Assembly: GCF_032062105.1 (NCBI RefSeq)
Contig: NW_026931392.1
Coordinates: 124,001 to 188,000, forward strand
Direction of reading: 5' to 3'
From: Saccostrea cucullata
Lineage: Eukaryota
DNA: 64,000 bases
Part shown: piece after piece, positions 45,631-60,436 of the stretch
Layout: every line of letters starts with the position of its first letter
How positions within the stretch are numbered: the first letter of the stretch is position 1
Made by a program: the position numbers and the translations under genes
Notes under the pieces: generated by a model
Databases searched by the model: none
Told to the model about the DNA's origin: nothing
The model's input: the letters and a program-made list of their open reading frames with translations, nothing else

Positions 45631-48569
45631 AAAGGACTTTTACTTGTTGACAGTGTTTTACAAACACACCCTGTTAATCAATAGATTCATATTTTTAATC
45701 ACTTTTGATGCAGATTGCTCTAATCAGTACTAGGCCTTATAGAAGTTAAAATATGAAATACAAGAAAGATTGTCAATGCTTTTAATGTACTTGAAGTCAG
45801 TGGATAATAAACTGAATATAATAAGAACCCATTTGACATAGAAAAAAAATCTGAAATAGCTGTCATAGTCAAAATAATGACTAGGAGAAGTTTGATTAAA
45901 TATTGACATATATTTCTCTTACCGAGATTTATTTATTTTCAAACACGTTCAGTGAGGCCTAAGTGGCAGCATTTAATTTCATTTGTATTTTACAGCAAAT
46001 ATTCGTTTTAAATTAATTGTTTATGGATCTGAAAATGTCTTAGCTATCAATAACTTACATTAAAACTAGGTACAGAAGGGCATTATTGACGGGTTTTTCT
46101 GCATAACGTATTGTTTGGCGGAAGGGTGTTCGAGATGCCGGCATTAATGCGAGGTTTGTGATGTAAATTAGCAAGTCATAAAGATTCTTTAGATAATATT
46201 TGATTATCTATACGGTAAGGGATTCTGTCGATTTAATATTGGTGTTGACAGAATGGTCTTGGATTCTCTCACGGGGTATGGAGGATATCAAAGAGGTAGA
46301 TAAAATAGAATAAAGCACTGAGTTATGTAGTTGTGTCTCGTAATATTAATGGACTTTGTAATAGAGGAACCTTTTTTGTATTCGATTCATGTTCTAAATC
46401 CTGCATTAACCCGGTATCTTTACGGACCTGTTATGTAAATAAATCAGAATTGTAACACCAAATCCAAGAGTGAATATGATTTTTTTTCAAATATAAACAT
46501 TTATAATAAATCATAGTATAAATTATGAATGCATAAGACATGGGTACATTTTTATAAATCAAATGTTTTTCCTATTATAAACTCTTTCATGTTAATGCCA
46601 ATTTTCTTTAGTTCTCAAAATGTTAAGTATATTGAAGCAAGAACAAAGCTTGACAATCATATTAGACAATATGGTTTTGAAATTTTAATGCAAATTAAAT
46701 TATAAGAATAAAAAGGCATTCAAGTTAAAAATATGAAGGTCATTCAGAATTTTGACTTTAAAATACATGTATTTCTTTTTCAAAGTCACAGCCTACATGT
46801 TAAAAGTTTTAACCTAGTCACTACTATATTGCTCATAATATAAGTATCCATGTGCTGCACGGTGTTAGTATACTTCCATTATTGGTTTATAAAGGTTTAT
46901 TGACAAACAACACGTGTATATTGAGATGTGTAAGGTCGCATCTGGATTTTCTCCTGTGTGTCAGTCTTGGACATCACTGACACTATTGCACGTAATTTTT
47001 ATATGTATCATGGGACCCTAAATCGGATACAAGATTGTCGCCTGACTGGGTCCTGCTTTTACAATAGAAAATTTGTCCTGACACTTGACAGGACGCGTGC
47101 AGCTGAAGGAAGACAACGAAACAAATGTTGACGCGCAGGTTTAACAAAGACTTCCCTTTGATTTCAATTTTTTCGTCGACCATAAAAATGCACCTCCTTT
47201 GAAATTTAATAGCAGAAAGATTACCCTAGCAAGAAAAAGGATGATCGATCTGTGACCCAATATGTGGAAATAATTATTGTAATTGAATGTCAGTGAAGCA
47301 ATGTAATGAGCATATATTTGTAGGGTTTTCGACTAAGGTTCAATTAAGAATGAATTCTTTAGATATAATGCTTCTCCACAGACAGTTAACCTCCCAAAAT
47401 TTTGAAAGTTGTTGGAAAAGAGAAAATCGCCAATGGTGTCATTGCATATGAAAATTGAATAATAAACAAAGTCCAATAAAAGTAAACAGTGGAATAAATG
47501 AAAATAAACATTTATAACCTTTACTTTTATTTGTTATTAAAAAGATATTAATAAACTGTATGAGTATTTTGAATTCTTGTATTTGCATTTCAGCTCAGCT
47601 ATTTAAAGGCCAATGTAAGTTAACAAAACCTGTGTAAACGTCCATTATTACTAATGATGTTAATCGAGTCTCTAAAGGCCATAATGTTTATTTATTATTT
47701 ATGAGGAATCTAACTTTAGTTAAGAAGGGATTCGCTCGTTCCCATCTTTGTCCTAGTACGAGAGTGTGCTGTATCCTGAGATACACGGCGCGCGGTTTTC
47801 CCACGAGTAAATGCACGCGCCCTCCACGCGACCATATAGTACTGTAATCGATTTTAAGTCAACATTCGTCAAAACGTATTTTTATGACTTGAGCTTGTGT
47901 CATGTTCTTATTTGAATTCTGTGAATTGCGATTATTCTAAACACCAGCAAAACATGAAAAGAAGACATTTTCATGTGTGGGAACTTTGTCACTGGATTAT
48001 ATTATGAATAAATTATAAAACAGTTACTTTTTTGCCCAATAAAGTATTTAGTCGTCTCACATGAGCAAATATTTGATTTCTGTTTTTTATTTTCATTTTC
48101 TTAAAGAATATTTTCTTACGACAATTTCTACACTTACTTTTATATTTTACCTTTGGGAATGGTGGGATTTTAATTTTTTTTTTTTTTTTTTTTTATGATA
48201 GCGATTCTTCAAAATTTCCTTTTATTACGTGATCTAATAGCAAATTTACAAGAGAGATGAAAACTAAGGATTAATCCTCTGTCGACAAAAAGTTTTTTGT
48301 GTGTATGAAAGTACTGTAGTTCACTTAAATTACATTAAATAGATGTTCAAATTTAGAGGCATGGTATCCCGGACAAAGGTTATGGCTCCGTGAACAATTT
48401 GTTTAGGGTAAAGACATGGTGTAATGTAAGTTAGAGGGAAGCTACTGCTACAGGGATTTAAATTACTCGTTTAAAGCTAGTATTTCCTAAATATTATGGT
48501 CATATAATGCCAATCTTAGCAATTATAACTTACCTTTGGGTCGTATTTTGGCTGACCTGTTTGAAACAC

Positions 48570-48730
48570 CAGTTGCTAGACATTTGTTTTGTATCCTAAA
48601 TTTGACTACAGGATGTGCCGTCTTCTTGATCAGTACACAGGGCTTACAGCGAGTATGGCCGGTCAACTGGGAAAGCGTACTCCTCATAGGCACCTGATCC
48701 CACCTCTAGGATTTTTAGGGATTCGCGTTT
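48570..48730 (+). mobile_element. 3' tail fragment of Penelope-like retroelement
   Basis: GGCCGGTCAACTGGGAAAGCGTACTCCTCATAGGCACCTGATCCCACCTCT is homologous to 52860-52930. Confidence 0.7.
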
Positions 48731-49346
48731 ATTGTTGTATAACGGTATATATTTTCACCTTTTTCTTTTAGAGCAAAAGGTGATTTTGCTCACCTGTTTC
48801 GATTATCCTTAATCATGTGTAAAACAGTTGGAGTAAGTGTTTTTTATTATTTTCTATCTATTTAGTACATATAAATATAAAATCATCAATATCAAAATAA
48901 AAGATGTTTTCCCCTATACATTTCTTTAGGATATTCTGTACTCCTTGCAATTGCATACACATTATGAATATAGGTCGATATGCTTTTTCTGTGAAGTCGA
49001 TACCCATGGATTGACCGAACGAAAGGGATACATTTGTTTTATCATTTTTAAAGAGAGATTAACATGACAAAAATTGAAAATTGAAGCAAAATTTTAATTT
49101 CAATATAGTTATAAAAATAAATGGTTCAATGTGTAATGTCATTGCTACTTTAACACTGGAAGAGTATTTTTCGGGAGTGCAGCATCAATAAAGAAACATC
49201 TTGTTTTATTATATTTCATCAATATATGAAATAAATGTCAAATATCGATAGAACGGTAGAACAATATTCAAAGCAGTGTTACCTTTAAAACATTTTACAA
49301 AACATGCAATATATTACAATATAATAGTAACAATATTTCTTTTTTT

Positions 49347-49510
49347 TTTCAGGAACAGCTAAAGTCATGTCAGCTATATGTTAAGTCAACATTTACATTG
49401 TTTTATTAGATTACAGCATTTAGAAACTAAAACATTTTCATTTCAGGAACAGCAATAAGTAATGTTAGCTATGTAAACTCAACACTTATATTGTTTAATT
49501 AGATTAAGCA
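49347..49510. repeat. Diverged tandem duplication, ~94-bp unit
   Basis: TTTCAGGAACAGC..AAGT.ATGT.AGCTAT...TCAACA.TTA.ATTGTTT.ATTAGATTA occurs twice. Confidence 0.75.
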
Positions 49511-52415
49511 AAATCAGAGTCGATCTGCATTTCGGAATTTTTAAAATTAATATGCGTATATGTTATTTTATACTTGATTTTATGATCACGCAAATCATTT
49601 ATATATGCAGTAAGTTAACTTGGCTTATGCCAGTGTTATGTAAATACCAAGTCAATAAAATTTGTTACATAAGTGTTGAATACTTAGAGACTGTCAATCA
49701 TTTTGATTATTAGACATCGTCTACTGGTAACCCTCTGTATTTAAGCCATCTTAAAAGTGTAATTTTAGTTGATTGTGTGAAATGTTCATTCAAAGACAAA
49801 ACTTTCCTGAATATGTATGCATGTAAATTGAATTGGAGTCCTGAAAACGTAGTGTATGGGTTTGCCAGTCTAATTTACATTGGCTGAATTAAAATGTTTT
49901 TAATATTAATCATAATGTATATTTTTCAGTCATAATTAATTGCGATCGTGACTATTTGCTAGTGAAAATGTCTACCCAGTTTTTTTTATTTTGTTAATGT
50001 AGTATTGCAATAGTAAACGCTCAATATTTACATCATTTAAATATTTTAGTTGTCATACTGTTTGCACAGATATTTTTTCAAAGCATATTAATTATTCAAT
50101 GTTTTACTTCATTTGCCTTTATTTTAAGTATAATCATTTATCATCAACTATAATTTAAACCATAAGGTTCATCTTAATTTGGTAGATTTTTCAACAGAAA
50201 ATATAAAGCAATAAAAAAGAATGGGTATTTATAGATAAATATTATCTCTAAATTGTAATTTTATAAAGACTTTTAAATATGAAATATTGCCTTTGATTGT
50301 TAAAAAACATATATAAGCATTAAGAATAGTAAATAATGATTTATTTATTGGTTACTGCTTGTGAATTGTAATTTTTATCATTGCGTTTTTTCTCTTGCCC
50401 ATGTTTCAATAAAATCCAAGAAATTTGTGATCACGATTCGTGGTCATGATGAGTTTGTTTTTCTTACATATTCGTATCCGTGGTCAATATTTACTCATAA
50501 ATCATATTTAATCACCAGCTGCAGTTTTTTGTACTATGTCTCTAATTTTAACATCGCAATGACATCACTTATTTAGATATATATATTTATGTATTTTTAG
50601 TCTTTAACTATAGTTAAATATAGTATTATTGAGACAAGTAATACCTATGGTTGGCAATAACCAAGCTGCGTCGGAGAATGCATGTAATGGTTATATGTTA
50701 CCTTTGCTCTTTCTTCTATATTAAATGTTTTGTATTTTTAAAATCGGCAGAATCACTTTCTTCTTATTTTTACTCGTATGTGTATATTTAACAAAAAAGT
50801 TGATATTTCTATATTGCAAATTAAAGAAACGCAACATAAAGTCAAAATTTAGACAACATTAGTTTTAAAGCTTTCTCTAGAATTCTTTTCCTTGATATCT
50901 GACCATTCTACATCATCTGATACAGCAATAGCTGAATTTCACCAGAAGCACTTTTCTGACGTAGATTTTAGACAAATACTGATGCTAGGCTTCATTTAAC
51001 ATAAGTGTGCATGATCACGTGAGAGTTATGTATATAAATGAGCATTACTTATTCAAGCATTGGAATGTTTTGTTTAGAATCACTCTACTTACAAGAGGAA
51101 ATGAGAAGAAAATAACTTACATAGGGCGTTGTCTTGATTAGAGTGACTACAAAGAACAAGGGGCGTTGCCTTGTTTATTAACTCAGAAATAGAAAATTTG
51201 ACAACGTAATGTATTCTATCCAAGTTTTGGTATTCAGTAGATAATCTTCCAAATTCACTCAAAATTTGGTGGGGGGTTACCCTTAAAAACCGAGGAAAAA
51301 AATATTAATAAATATTCAAAGTTTAAAAAAAAAAGATAAAATGGGGATTGTCTCATGACGTTTCTTTAAAGCTGCTTACCAATTTCTTCTAAAGTGAGAT
51401 AGAAATTTTTAATGATTTTGAAGCTGATTATCTCAACATCATAGTGAGTGGACATGGTTTTAAAATACTTTTTAATCGATATTTTCATTAATATATTTAT
51501 TATGAATAAAACCGAAAATATTTGCAAATCCATGCATCCTTTTTTTCTGTTTCCAGTATATGCCTATAAGGAAACATCTTTAATGATTATCATGGCACAA
51601 AGTAAAATCGTTAATCTCCTGGGAGGAAAAAGATACAAATCTTGAATTAAGCATAACAAATTGAATGTAATTATGAGAACAAACGACTGTCGTTCAATAA
51701 TTCCTATACTATCAATAATTCAGTTTCACTTCCTCTTCTAAGCTTTTCATCAACAACGGAGAATACTTTAGTCAAAAGGCAAAGAGAACTCAAGGGAACG
51801 ATTTAGTAATTTAGATCTTTGATCCAATTTACGAAATAAAAGGTTATTTAGATCTTTATTCATGAGTAAATAAACGTTAGGTGATTGTTTGTCTAATTAT
51901 GGAGAAGAGTTAATTAAGGAGCCTCTTTAACTAGCCATTCATGCGAGTTTATAACTGAATGAAAAGTAGCTCTTTTAGGAGATTGAGTAAACACGACAAC
52001 AATGATATCGGTGTTACAACTTAACTGTTTAACCGGATGTTTATAAAACATCGTGTTTATATTTAATTAATGTGAACAATGCAACGATCCTATTTTAAAT
52101 GAATTGATTATTTAATGAGCAAATTATGAAAAAACATATCAGGAACAACGTATCGTTAGGAGGACTGCAATTCTAAACAAGCTCTCTCTTTTAGAAGTTG
52201 TGCAAGAAGTGTAATTTAAATGAAAAAAATAAACTTACAAATAAATCAATAAATCTGCAAGTTTTATTCAATTTATAGATTTTTGTTTTACGAATATAAT
52301 TATGTATATTTTTTATCTACATGTAAATACATTGCTTTAGCATACACAGCTATCATCTCAATAGAAGAAATCAACAGCTTAAAAACTTACAAGACTTTCA
52401 ACTCAACACACATCC

Positions 52416-52960
52416 ATAAAAGATACCACAGAGTCTGACCCATCTGTTTCATATTTGGACATTTTGTTTGAAAAAGACTCAATGGCAATCTTACAACTAA
52501 GTTCTATGATAAACGTGATGACTTTATCTTTTCAATCGTCAACTTCCCTTATTTATGTAGCTATATACCTTCATCACCTGCATACGGTGTTTATATATCT
52601 AAATATATCTTGATTCGATACGCAGGACATGCTCTATGTATGTTCAATTTTTAAAACGAGGTAAATTATTGACAAACAAGTTTATCAGCCGTCTCGTTTA
52701 AAGTCATCATTTCGTAAGTTTTATGGTCTATACAACGACCTAGTCAGCAAATACAAATGATCATTTAGTCAAATGCTGACTGTCTTTTTATACTAATTGT
52801 TAGTCCATTATTTACACACTGAAATGACGACGGATTTTCCCTTACTTCCCGAACATGACAAGGAGCACAAGGCGGGTGTGACTGGTCGACAGGGGATGCT
52901 CACTCCCCCATGGCAACCGATCCAACCTCTGATGTTTTGGAGGTCTGTGTTTGCTCTGCT
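52416..52960 (+). mobile_element. 5'-truncated, frameshifted Penelope-like element (RT C-terminus plus 3' tail)
   Basis: Broken frames give IKDTTESDPSVSYLDI / NGNLTTKFYDKRDDFIFSIVNFPYLCSYIPSSPAYGVYIS / LIRYA / SRLKSSFRKFYGLYNDLVSKY, which I recall as the PLE RT thumb region; then a conserved tail. Confidence 0.8.
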
Positions 52961-54015
52961 CCATTTTTTATTGTTTTATGGACTTTTGAGTTTGAATACT
53001 ATTCGTTATATCCATATATTAAATAAAGAAAAATGCATATTTATTCTTTGAATCCTTTCAAGGGGTGGTTGTAATTATATTAGCAAGATGGCTTAGTAGT
53101 ACAGTCCATTTACAAAAAATGGGTAAAACTCAAATTACTCTTTTTTATGCATGTCGTTAGACATGTATAATTAATATAACGAACAATTTTGCAAATACAG
53201 ATATTCAACACGAAGGTTTGTTTATTTGTCAAACAGGAGTGTATATGAAGTTTCCTGGAATACCATCCATGACTGAGATTGGAGTTTGTTAGCCTTAGTG
53301 ATTGTCGTATCCTTCTACAGAGCACACAGTTGTCAAGTTGTTATCAATACTGGCTCTGTTGTTTCAGTTGGTTTGGCGGTGAGTGCTATTGATTTTCCTT
53401 GCAGGTGGTTGTTTAAATCAATCAGTTTAAAACTGAATTGTCAAATAAGTTTGCGTAAATATTGGTCTGGACTTAATTGCAAATGCGCAAAATCATATGT
53501 TTATGTATCCATATCATTAATGGCATTAATAGTATGCAGTTGTATTGCTACAAAGATAATTTAAATTTCTGAACTTTCAATTTATGACCTGTACAATGTA
53601 ACATGCACTCGTGATAATAAACTTCAAATTCTAGAACTAAGAATTAGCTGACTAACGAATATTCCGATAATTATTCAATTTTTTCATTGAAAGGCTTCAG
53701 GCTTTTACCTTCATATTTTTATTCAACATGTTTAAAATACTTTCAGTCTAAGTTCCAATACTGCATCTCAAGATAAACTTTTTGGGAAAAACCTGAAGTG
53801 CAAATAAACAAACATTACAGTTTATATAAGTACATCTTTGCAATACCATCTCTTTATCACTTCCCTCAGAGTACAGTTTCAAGACCTGCATCGACATCGA
53901 CTACAAATTCGTATCGAAAGCCGATTTTTGATTCATTAAAATTAATGCTTCAATATCGATGACGTATCAAATAACAGAATTGTCGCGGTCCTTACAAGCA
54001 AATTAATGATTTTCA

Positions 54016-54046
<31 letters not shown>

Positions 54047-57000
54047 CTTCCTACAAATTAGTTCCATACTACATACCTGATAAAAACAAGTTTCAGCAGA
54101 GAAAAAAAAATCCCTGAACTTGCAAATATTTTTAATATTAATCTTGATATCTTTAAAAAATAAAAACCAAAAATGTATATATGGGAGTATGTTAATTTTA
54201 GAAAAACACGTACTTCAGGAAAAGGGAAAAGTCCATGTTTCTTTTGTAAGAAAATCTTGATAAATATAGTCAATAATTATAAGAATTCAAGTTTTAAATA
54301 TTCTTCTATTACAGATTGATCCTCATATCTGCTGTATAAAAATGTCTTAAAGTTGAAGACTAGTTAGTATGAATTTGAAAAAAAAAAATGTGTGCTCAGC
54401 TATAACAACTTCAACACAAACCTACAAAAATATTGCAAGCCTGATTACGCATCCTTTTTATGCAAAATTTGAAGAAAATCATTCTGTGCACAAGAATGAA
54501 GTTTTGCATATGTCAGAAGTATTTATCTTTACTATACATACTGATGCAGGGTTAGAAGTAATGAAAGCAGTATTAATTACTACTTTTTATTCATTGTCCA
54601 ATACAAGCGTCTGTAATCTGAAATATTTAATATCAAGTTAAATCAAAGACTCCATTATTAAGAAATGATAATCAAACTGAAGACTTCATAATGCATAAAT
54701 TATTTATCAAATTGATCTGAGAATGCTGAATGCTTTTTTAAAACATTTCATAGTACCTTCGTCAAGCCTGTTTATTGGACAACTTCCAGGAAACTTTTCA
54801 AAAAAATAATATACAACATAATACAGTGATTTCTTTTTAATTTTAATATTTCAATTTCAAAGTTCAGAATGATTTGAAATAAACCATTTAAAGATCACTC
54901 TTCAACTAGATAATCAAATAAAAAGAGAAAACAATACATGTACATAAATGTCATTAAATCATATTCAAGGCACACAAAGATATATATGTTATATTTTTCA
55001 AGCTCAAGAGATCAAACAGTGTAATGGACGGTATACATATAAATACTGTTTTCTTCATGGAATTCCATGGAATTGGACAAATAAGGAATGATATGAGTAT
55101 ATCTAAGAGACAAATGTAATGTAATATATGATATCATGAAACACGTTGTATACAGAATTTGCATAAGTAATGCTTGTCTGAACGTTCTGTACTGAAAACA
55201 ATTGATCTCTCATTTCAAAATTTCAGTGAAAAGTGCTGATTGCTGCTCAAAATAGAATCAATGTATATTCATTTAACACTAACGGGTGCTTTTGACACAT
55301 CCTGGTATTTCAAAATTCTTTATTATACAGGGTCTTTGCCTTTCCATTATTTAAATAAACTAATCAATGTTCTATCAAAATGAATATTACATAAGATTCT
55401 ATTTGATCAAATATTTTGTAACTGTACGTTTAACAAAGACACAAAACTAATGCGCATGTTGTTGTAGAGATTCATCACCAGAAATAAGTTATAAAAGGAT
55501 CCAACCTTTATTCCATGGATTACATATATTTTATAAACAATGCATTCAGTTAACAAATTTCAATAATTTAGCGTAAAATATTACATTACAGTGCATATTA
55601 CAATGCATTTTATCCGATATGCTTTGTACATCTAAAAGAACATATCCTTCAATTCATCGCATTATTCAAGTAAAATAATTAAAAGCTTTTTTCATGAATG
55701 TTGCCTTTCCTTTAAACTTGCATCTGGTCACTCAACCAATAAATATATCACATATAGCATCCATAGACATGTATCATTTAGAATTAGATACATTATAGAA
55801 ATTTATAGAAGTTAAAATTATAAATCATATAAAAATTATAGAAAGTTTATTCCCATAAAAGATTTTAAAATGGGTCTGCTCCATTTGTTTTCAAATTAGC
55901 ATTTACAATGTATACAGGAATAAAGTTAGATGTTACTTATGTAGCATGCATAATAGAATGTCACAAGCATTATGAAAATTATAATTTTGAAAATGGACGG
56001 GGCACTGACAATAGCTTATACAACAAAATGCTATTAAATTCTTGGGATACATACGTATTCAAATATACTTTCTATGTAGTTTGTGCTGCTCATGAAAAGC
56101 ATTCAAGGGACAGACTTGAAAAAGTTTATCTTATGGAACTATGAATAGTATTCATACAGAGTAGAAAATACATCATTGATTAAAAAGATTCTGACTGCAT
56201 ACTTTAACCTTTTACATTTATTTTACATCTTTTAAATATTATTAATATTGTAATGATATTTAGTCAAGGAAATAATATAATTCAATACTAGATTTAAAAG
56301 TAAAAAATACTCTTCTCACAAAGATATTGGTAATTTTCTTAAAAACAATGTATTGAAGGTAAATCTTAAAAGAAATGAACACGAACACCAAACATTTCAA
56401 AGGAAAAGTAAAATAAACATCAAATGTAAACGTATACAATAATATATAAATGCATAAATATAAAATAGTGGACGGAAATGATGCATCACAAATAATCTTT
56501 TAGGTCAGGAGGTTTTGATTTTAAAAAAAACTGGTGATTGAAGTTTATGATATGTATTATATATCACATTTTACATTTTGTAAATACCCCCTAAAAAGAC
56601 AAGACCTTCTTATTTTCTTTTTTAGAGAGAAAATTTTCGACATGTATCAATTGAATTTGATTGCTTTGAATAAATAACATACCTCAGAACCAAAGAATAA
56701 CAAACATATACGATGTTCACTGTAAAACATCATTGTGGGTGTAGAAGCATGTCCATATTTTATTCTCAAATGCATTTTAATTCATCGTTTATATAGAATT
56801 TAAGAAATCAAACATTGACTTTCATGTTTGATTTTAAAAGTACTTATTCTTTTTGTTAATACATGTAGATGGACTTGGCATATATTATATCTCCTTATAT
56901 GTCTTTTTCTTAAAACATTTTTAATCATATAAACGTTTAGATGTTGCATCAAATGTTTTTAAAAATGGAAATACGTTTCAAATTTATGGTTAAATAATGC

Positions 57001-58589
57001 TTTGAATCTATTCAACTCATTTGCACCACTAAGAAAACAAAGCAATGAAAGTCACCACAAAAATCACAGTATGAAAAGAGGACAAATAACAACTGCTTGA
57101 ATTTGTCTGGCTAATACTGATATTATGAACTCCTATGAGCAAGAGACGGAAGATCAGTGCGGGCCTAGTTCTTCTTTAGGGGTAATCTTTATCTGACTGC
57201 CTGGCATTAGTTCATCAAAGAAAAACCCCAGCATTCTATGAGCCTGAAAAAGATTGATAAATCAAATTAATTACACAAAAATAATATCTACATTTAGAAT
57301 AAAAACGTCATAGTACTACAATAGATTCAAACTTAAATACTAGAAGCATACAGTGTATTGTCAGATTTAAAAAAAATATATAATGTGATCAATTGAAAAT
57401 AAACACGAAAAGGTGTCTTCAATAGTGGGAAAAACCATTTCTTTTCTCTAATAAACCAAGATGGTCATTTTCAACATTTAGTGATCGCACCACTTTATTC
57501 GCAAAGCGATGAAACAAAAAGCATTGGTTGACGTTAAGTAAAATAGTTGGAAGGGAAGGATTGAATAGTGATACTGATATGGAATAATCACGTCCGATCC
57601 AGATCCCAATGGGAGCAGGCAAAGCCTCCCAAAAGTCCTATCTCATTCTTCCCAAAGACATTTATAGATGTGATAAAAATCTGGGTGTTTGAATTTGACA
57701 TCGAAATGTGGAAATAAAGGGTTAGCTTGGAGAGAGCTTGATTCTTATTAAGATAGTCAAACCACTGCAATTACTAAAACAAAAAAGGATTTCGAAATCT
57801 GCACTCCACTTGTTTTTCATTAAATTTGGATCTGAAAGCTGTGCTAAATCTGCAAATCATTTCACAATAAAAAACAAATGAAGTATTTTCTTATACAACT
57901 TCTGAAAGGTTTATCTAATTCGTTTTTGCAATTTAATACCAAGTTTTCACTTAGCAGAGGTCCTTTGTCAACGACTCTTTTAATATTTTCAATCTCAAGA
58001 AGTAATTTTGGATGAAAAAGCGGACGTTTTGACAGATTCATTGCCATGACTGTAGAGTTCTATTAATAAACATCACACGAAATATTATTTGTTAACGAAA
58101 AATTTATATTTATTGAAATCGAAAAGATTTACATCAAAGGTTAATCATTTACTGTGAGAATACATGTTTGCTGGTCAAAAATTAAAAAAGACTTTTCTCA
58201 CTAAAAAACAATAACACTATAGGCCTATACATTGAAAGGAAACAGAGAATCAGAGTAAACATTTCGAAATTATTTGATGTATTTTTTTCCGAATGGTATT
58301 AGAATATTTCAAAACGGTTGATATCATCAGACAGCAATATTCCCACATAATTGTTTGCCTTTTATGTATTCTTACACCTTTGTTTATTGTTGTTTAATTT
58401 TCAATCTTAAATTTCACTTTTAGGACACTATTTTAAAGCTGAGGTCAATTAGTGATCTAATATGTTTCAAAAGTTCATATAACTTCAAATACATAAACAA
58501 GACAAATGCAATTCCGTTATTTGATACTGTATAAATTATGGACTGTTTCTGATGCAAGAATTCGTACTACATTATAGTACTAAACCCTA

Positions 58590-58775
58590 GACCGGTCCTT
58601 CGAACGTGTCCATATAAACCGCGGTCTTGTGTCACAGTAGGTGCTGGCATAAAAAAGATCTCCGACTGCTCAATTGCCGTGAGTGCCGAGTACAAGACAA
58701 AATTAGCAGCCCTCCATCTGCAAGTGGTACGTTTGTGAGTTAAAAATTCCCGAGGACAATTAATAGCAAACAAAA
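58590..58775 (+). mobile_element. tRNA-SINE, 5'-truncated copy
   Basis: CCGGTCCTTCG...TATAAACCGCGGTC..GTGTCACAGTAGGTGCTGGCATAAAAAAG...GCAAGTGGT aligns with the 26720-26890 copy. Confidence 0.8.
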
Positions 58776-60244
58776 CTAAATCTTTTACATAACCAATTCT
58801 ATTAACTTTAATAAACCGAATTTCTGTCCCTCAACCATTTTTTTTTCAGTGACACGAGAAAAGAAATCTACATGTATTTGTCATGATTAATATCAATAAC
58901 TTTCGAACTAATCAATTTTTCGGAATAAACGTTTAAGCATATTCTCCTGTGAGAAATGCTAATGGATATATCTCCTAAATTTGTAAAGTAACTTGTCATT
59001 ATCAAAAGAAACTAAATAAGAAGAGACGGAAGCTCGAATGTCTCTGACCGCCAACAGACCCTCGTAAATAACGGACCGGAAGTAACTGAACCTCGACTTC
59101 AGTTCAATTACTGGCATTAAAGTCATACATTATTTATTTTTAATGACTCCAATCAGAGTTGGACAACAGACCATTAAAGATTTAAACTTTTCGATAAACA
59201 TGTGGTGCTTCGCAATAAAATTCATAGTTTGCAAAACCTTAATTTAACGATTCAATTTACTGTGCATGTCATGATTGCAAACCAGCATTTCATTTTAAAC
59301 AAAACACAGACAGAAATAATAATATTGCTCAACAATGTCAGTTTTTAGAATGGATTCATATTAGCGTACATTTACACTATACGAATACACTGGTACTCGG
59401 CCCATGATTATATAAGCTATTGCTCTGGAGAACACTAGACCACAATGCCATTGCATTAGACTTAATTGCATACTGTTGTTGAACATTCATCACTTCTCCA
59501 TTCTGCATAGAAAAAAAACCAATTACAGTTTCTTCCTCCTCTTTAAAGTGTTATTAAATTCTCCGTGAGTAAACTCCAAACTTTATAATACCCATCATGT
59601 GTTTTGATCCAAGTCCTTCTAATATCTTTGGGTCTGGGACGACAAAGGCCCGCTTTTTCATGCCGCTTCATTTTCATTAGTTATCGATTGAAAAATTAAA
59701 TACAAGCTGATCATTTTTCTTATACATTCGCATCACATATATACGACCGCCCTCGGTTTCTCCGAACGGTTCATTAAATTTTCACAATTAAATATGCATT
59801 ACCCACCAGTGCCAAGGAAATTCACAGAAAGTATAAGAGCATAGTAGTGGATAAACTAACTCGTTCTTTGAGATGAAAATAAGTTTCTTCATATTAGCTG
59901 AAGATCGGCGGCCTAATGATTTACAACTTATGCAATTAAAATCCAGCTGATTCCCACCAACCGTTTCTTCAATGATTGAATCATCATCAAATCTGTTTTG
60001 TTCATGAAATTATTCCTAATGCCCCAAAAGGCCATCCATCTTCATCAACCAGATTAAGCTTCACGAAAAACCCCGAATGATAAGATTGACGGTTAGCAAT
60101 GGTGCTTAATTCTCCATAACAGGGTAATTGAATTCATACCATAAGGAGGGAGTTGTGGGTCGTAAAAGTATCAAATATTATTATTGCAAAAATTCTAATA
60201 ATCTTCCAAGATATTTATCGAATCCTAACTGCACATGTTCGTTT

Positions 60245-60436
60245 GTTTTGTTTAACGTCTCTTTCGAGTTTTTTTTTCATTCAAGGCGAGACCCCACCAC
60301 TTGTCGGTTGGAAGGGCTGCAAATTTATGACGAACACTCGGTACACTACTGCGACATGGAACCTCGGTTCATACGGTCTCATCCAAAGGGTCTCCGCATC
60401 CCACAGTGCAAATTCGTACACGTGATGTAAGGATCA
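60245..60436 (-). mobile_element. tRNA-SINE, diverged copy with internal deletion
   Basis: TTGTTTAACGTC...CACCACTTG.CGG...CTACTGCGACA.GG.ACCTCGGTT.ATACGGTCTCATCC is the reverse complement of the 26.6-kb SINE. Confidence 0.8.
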
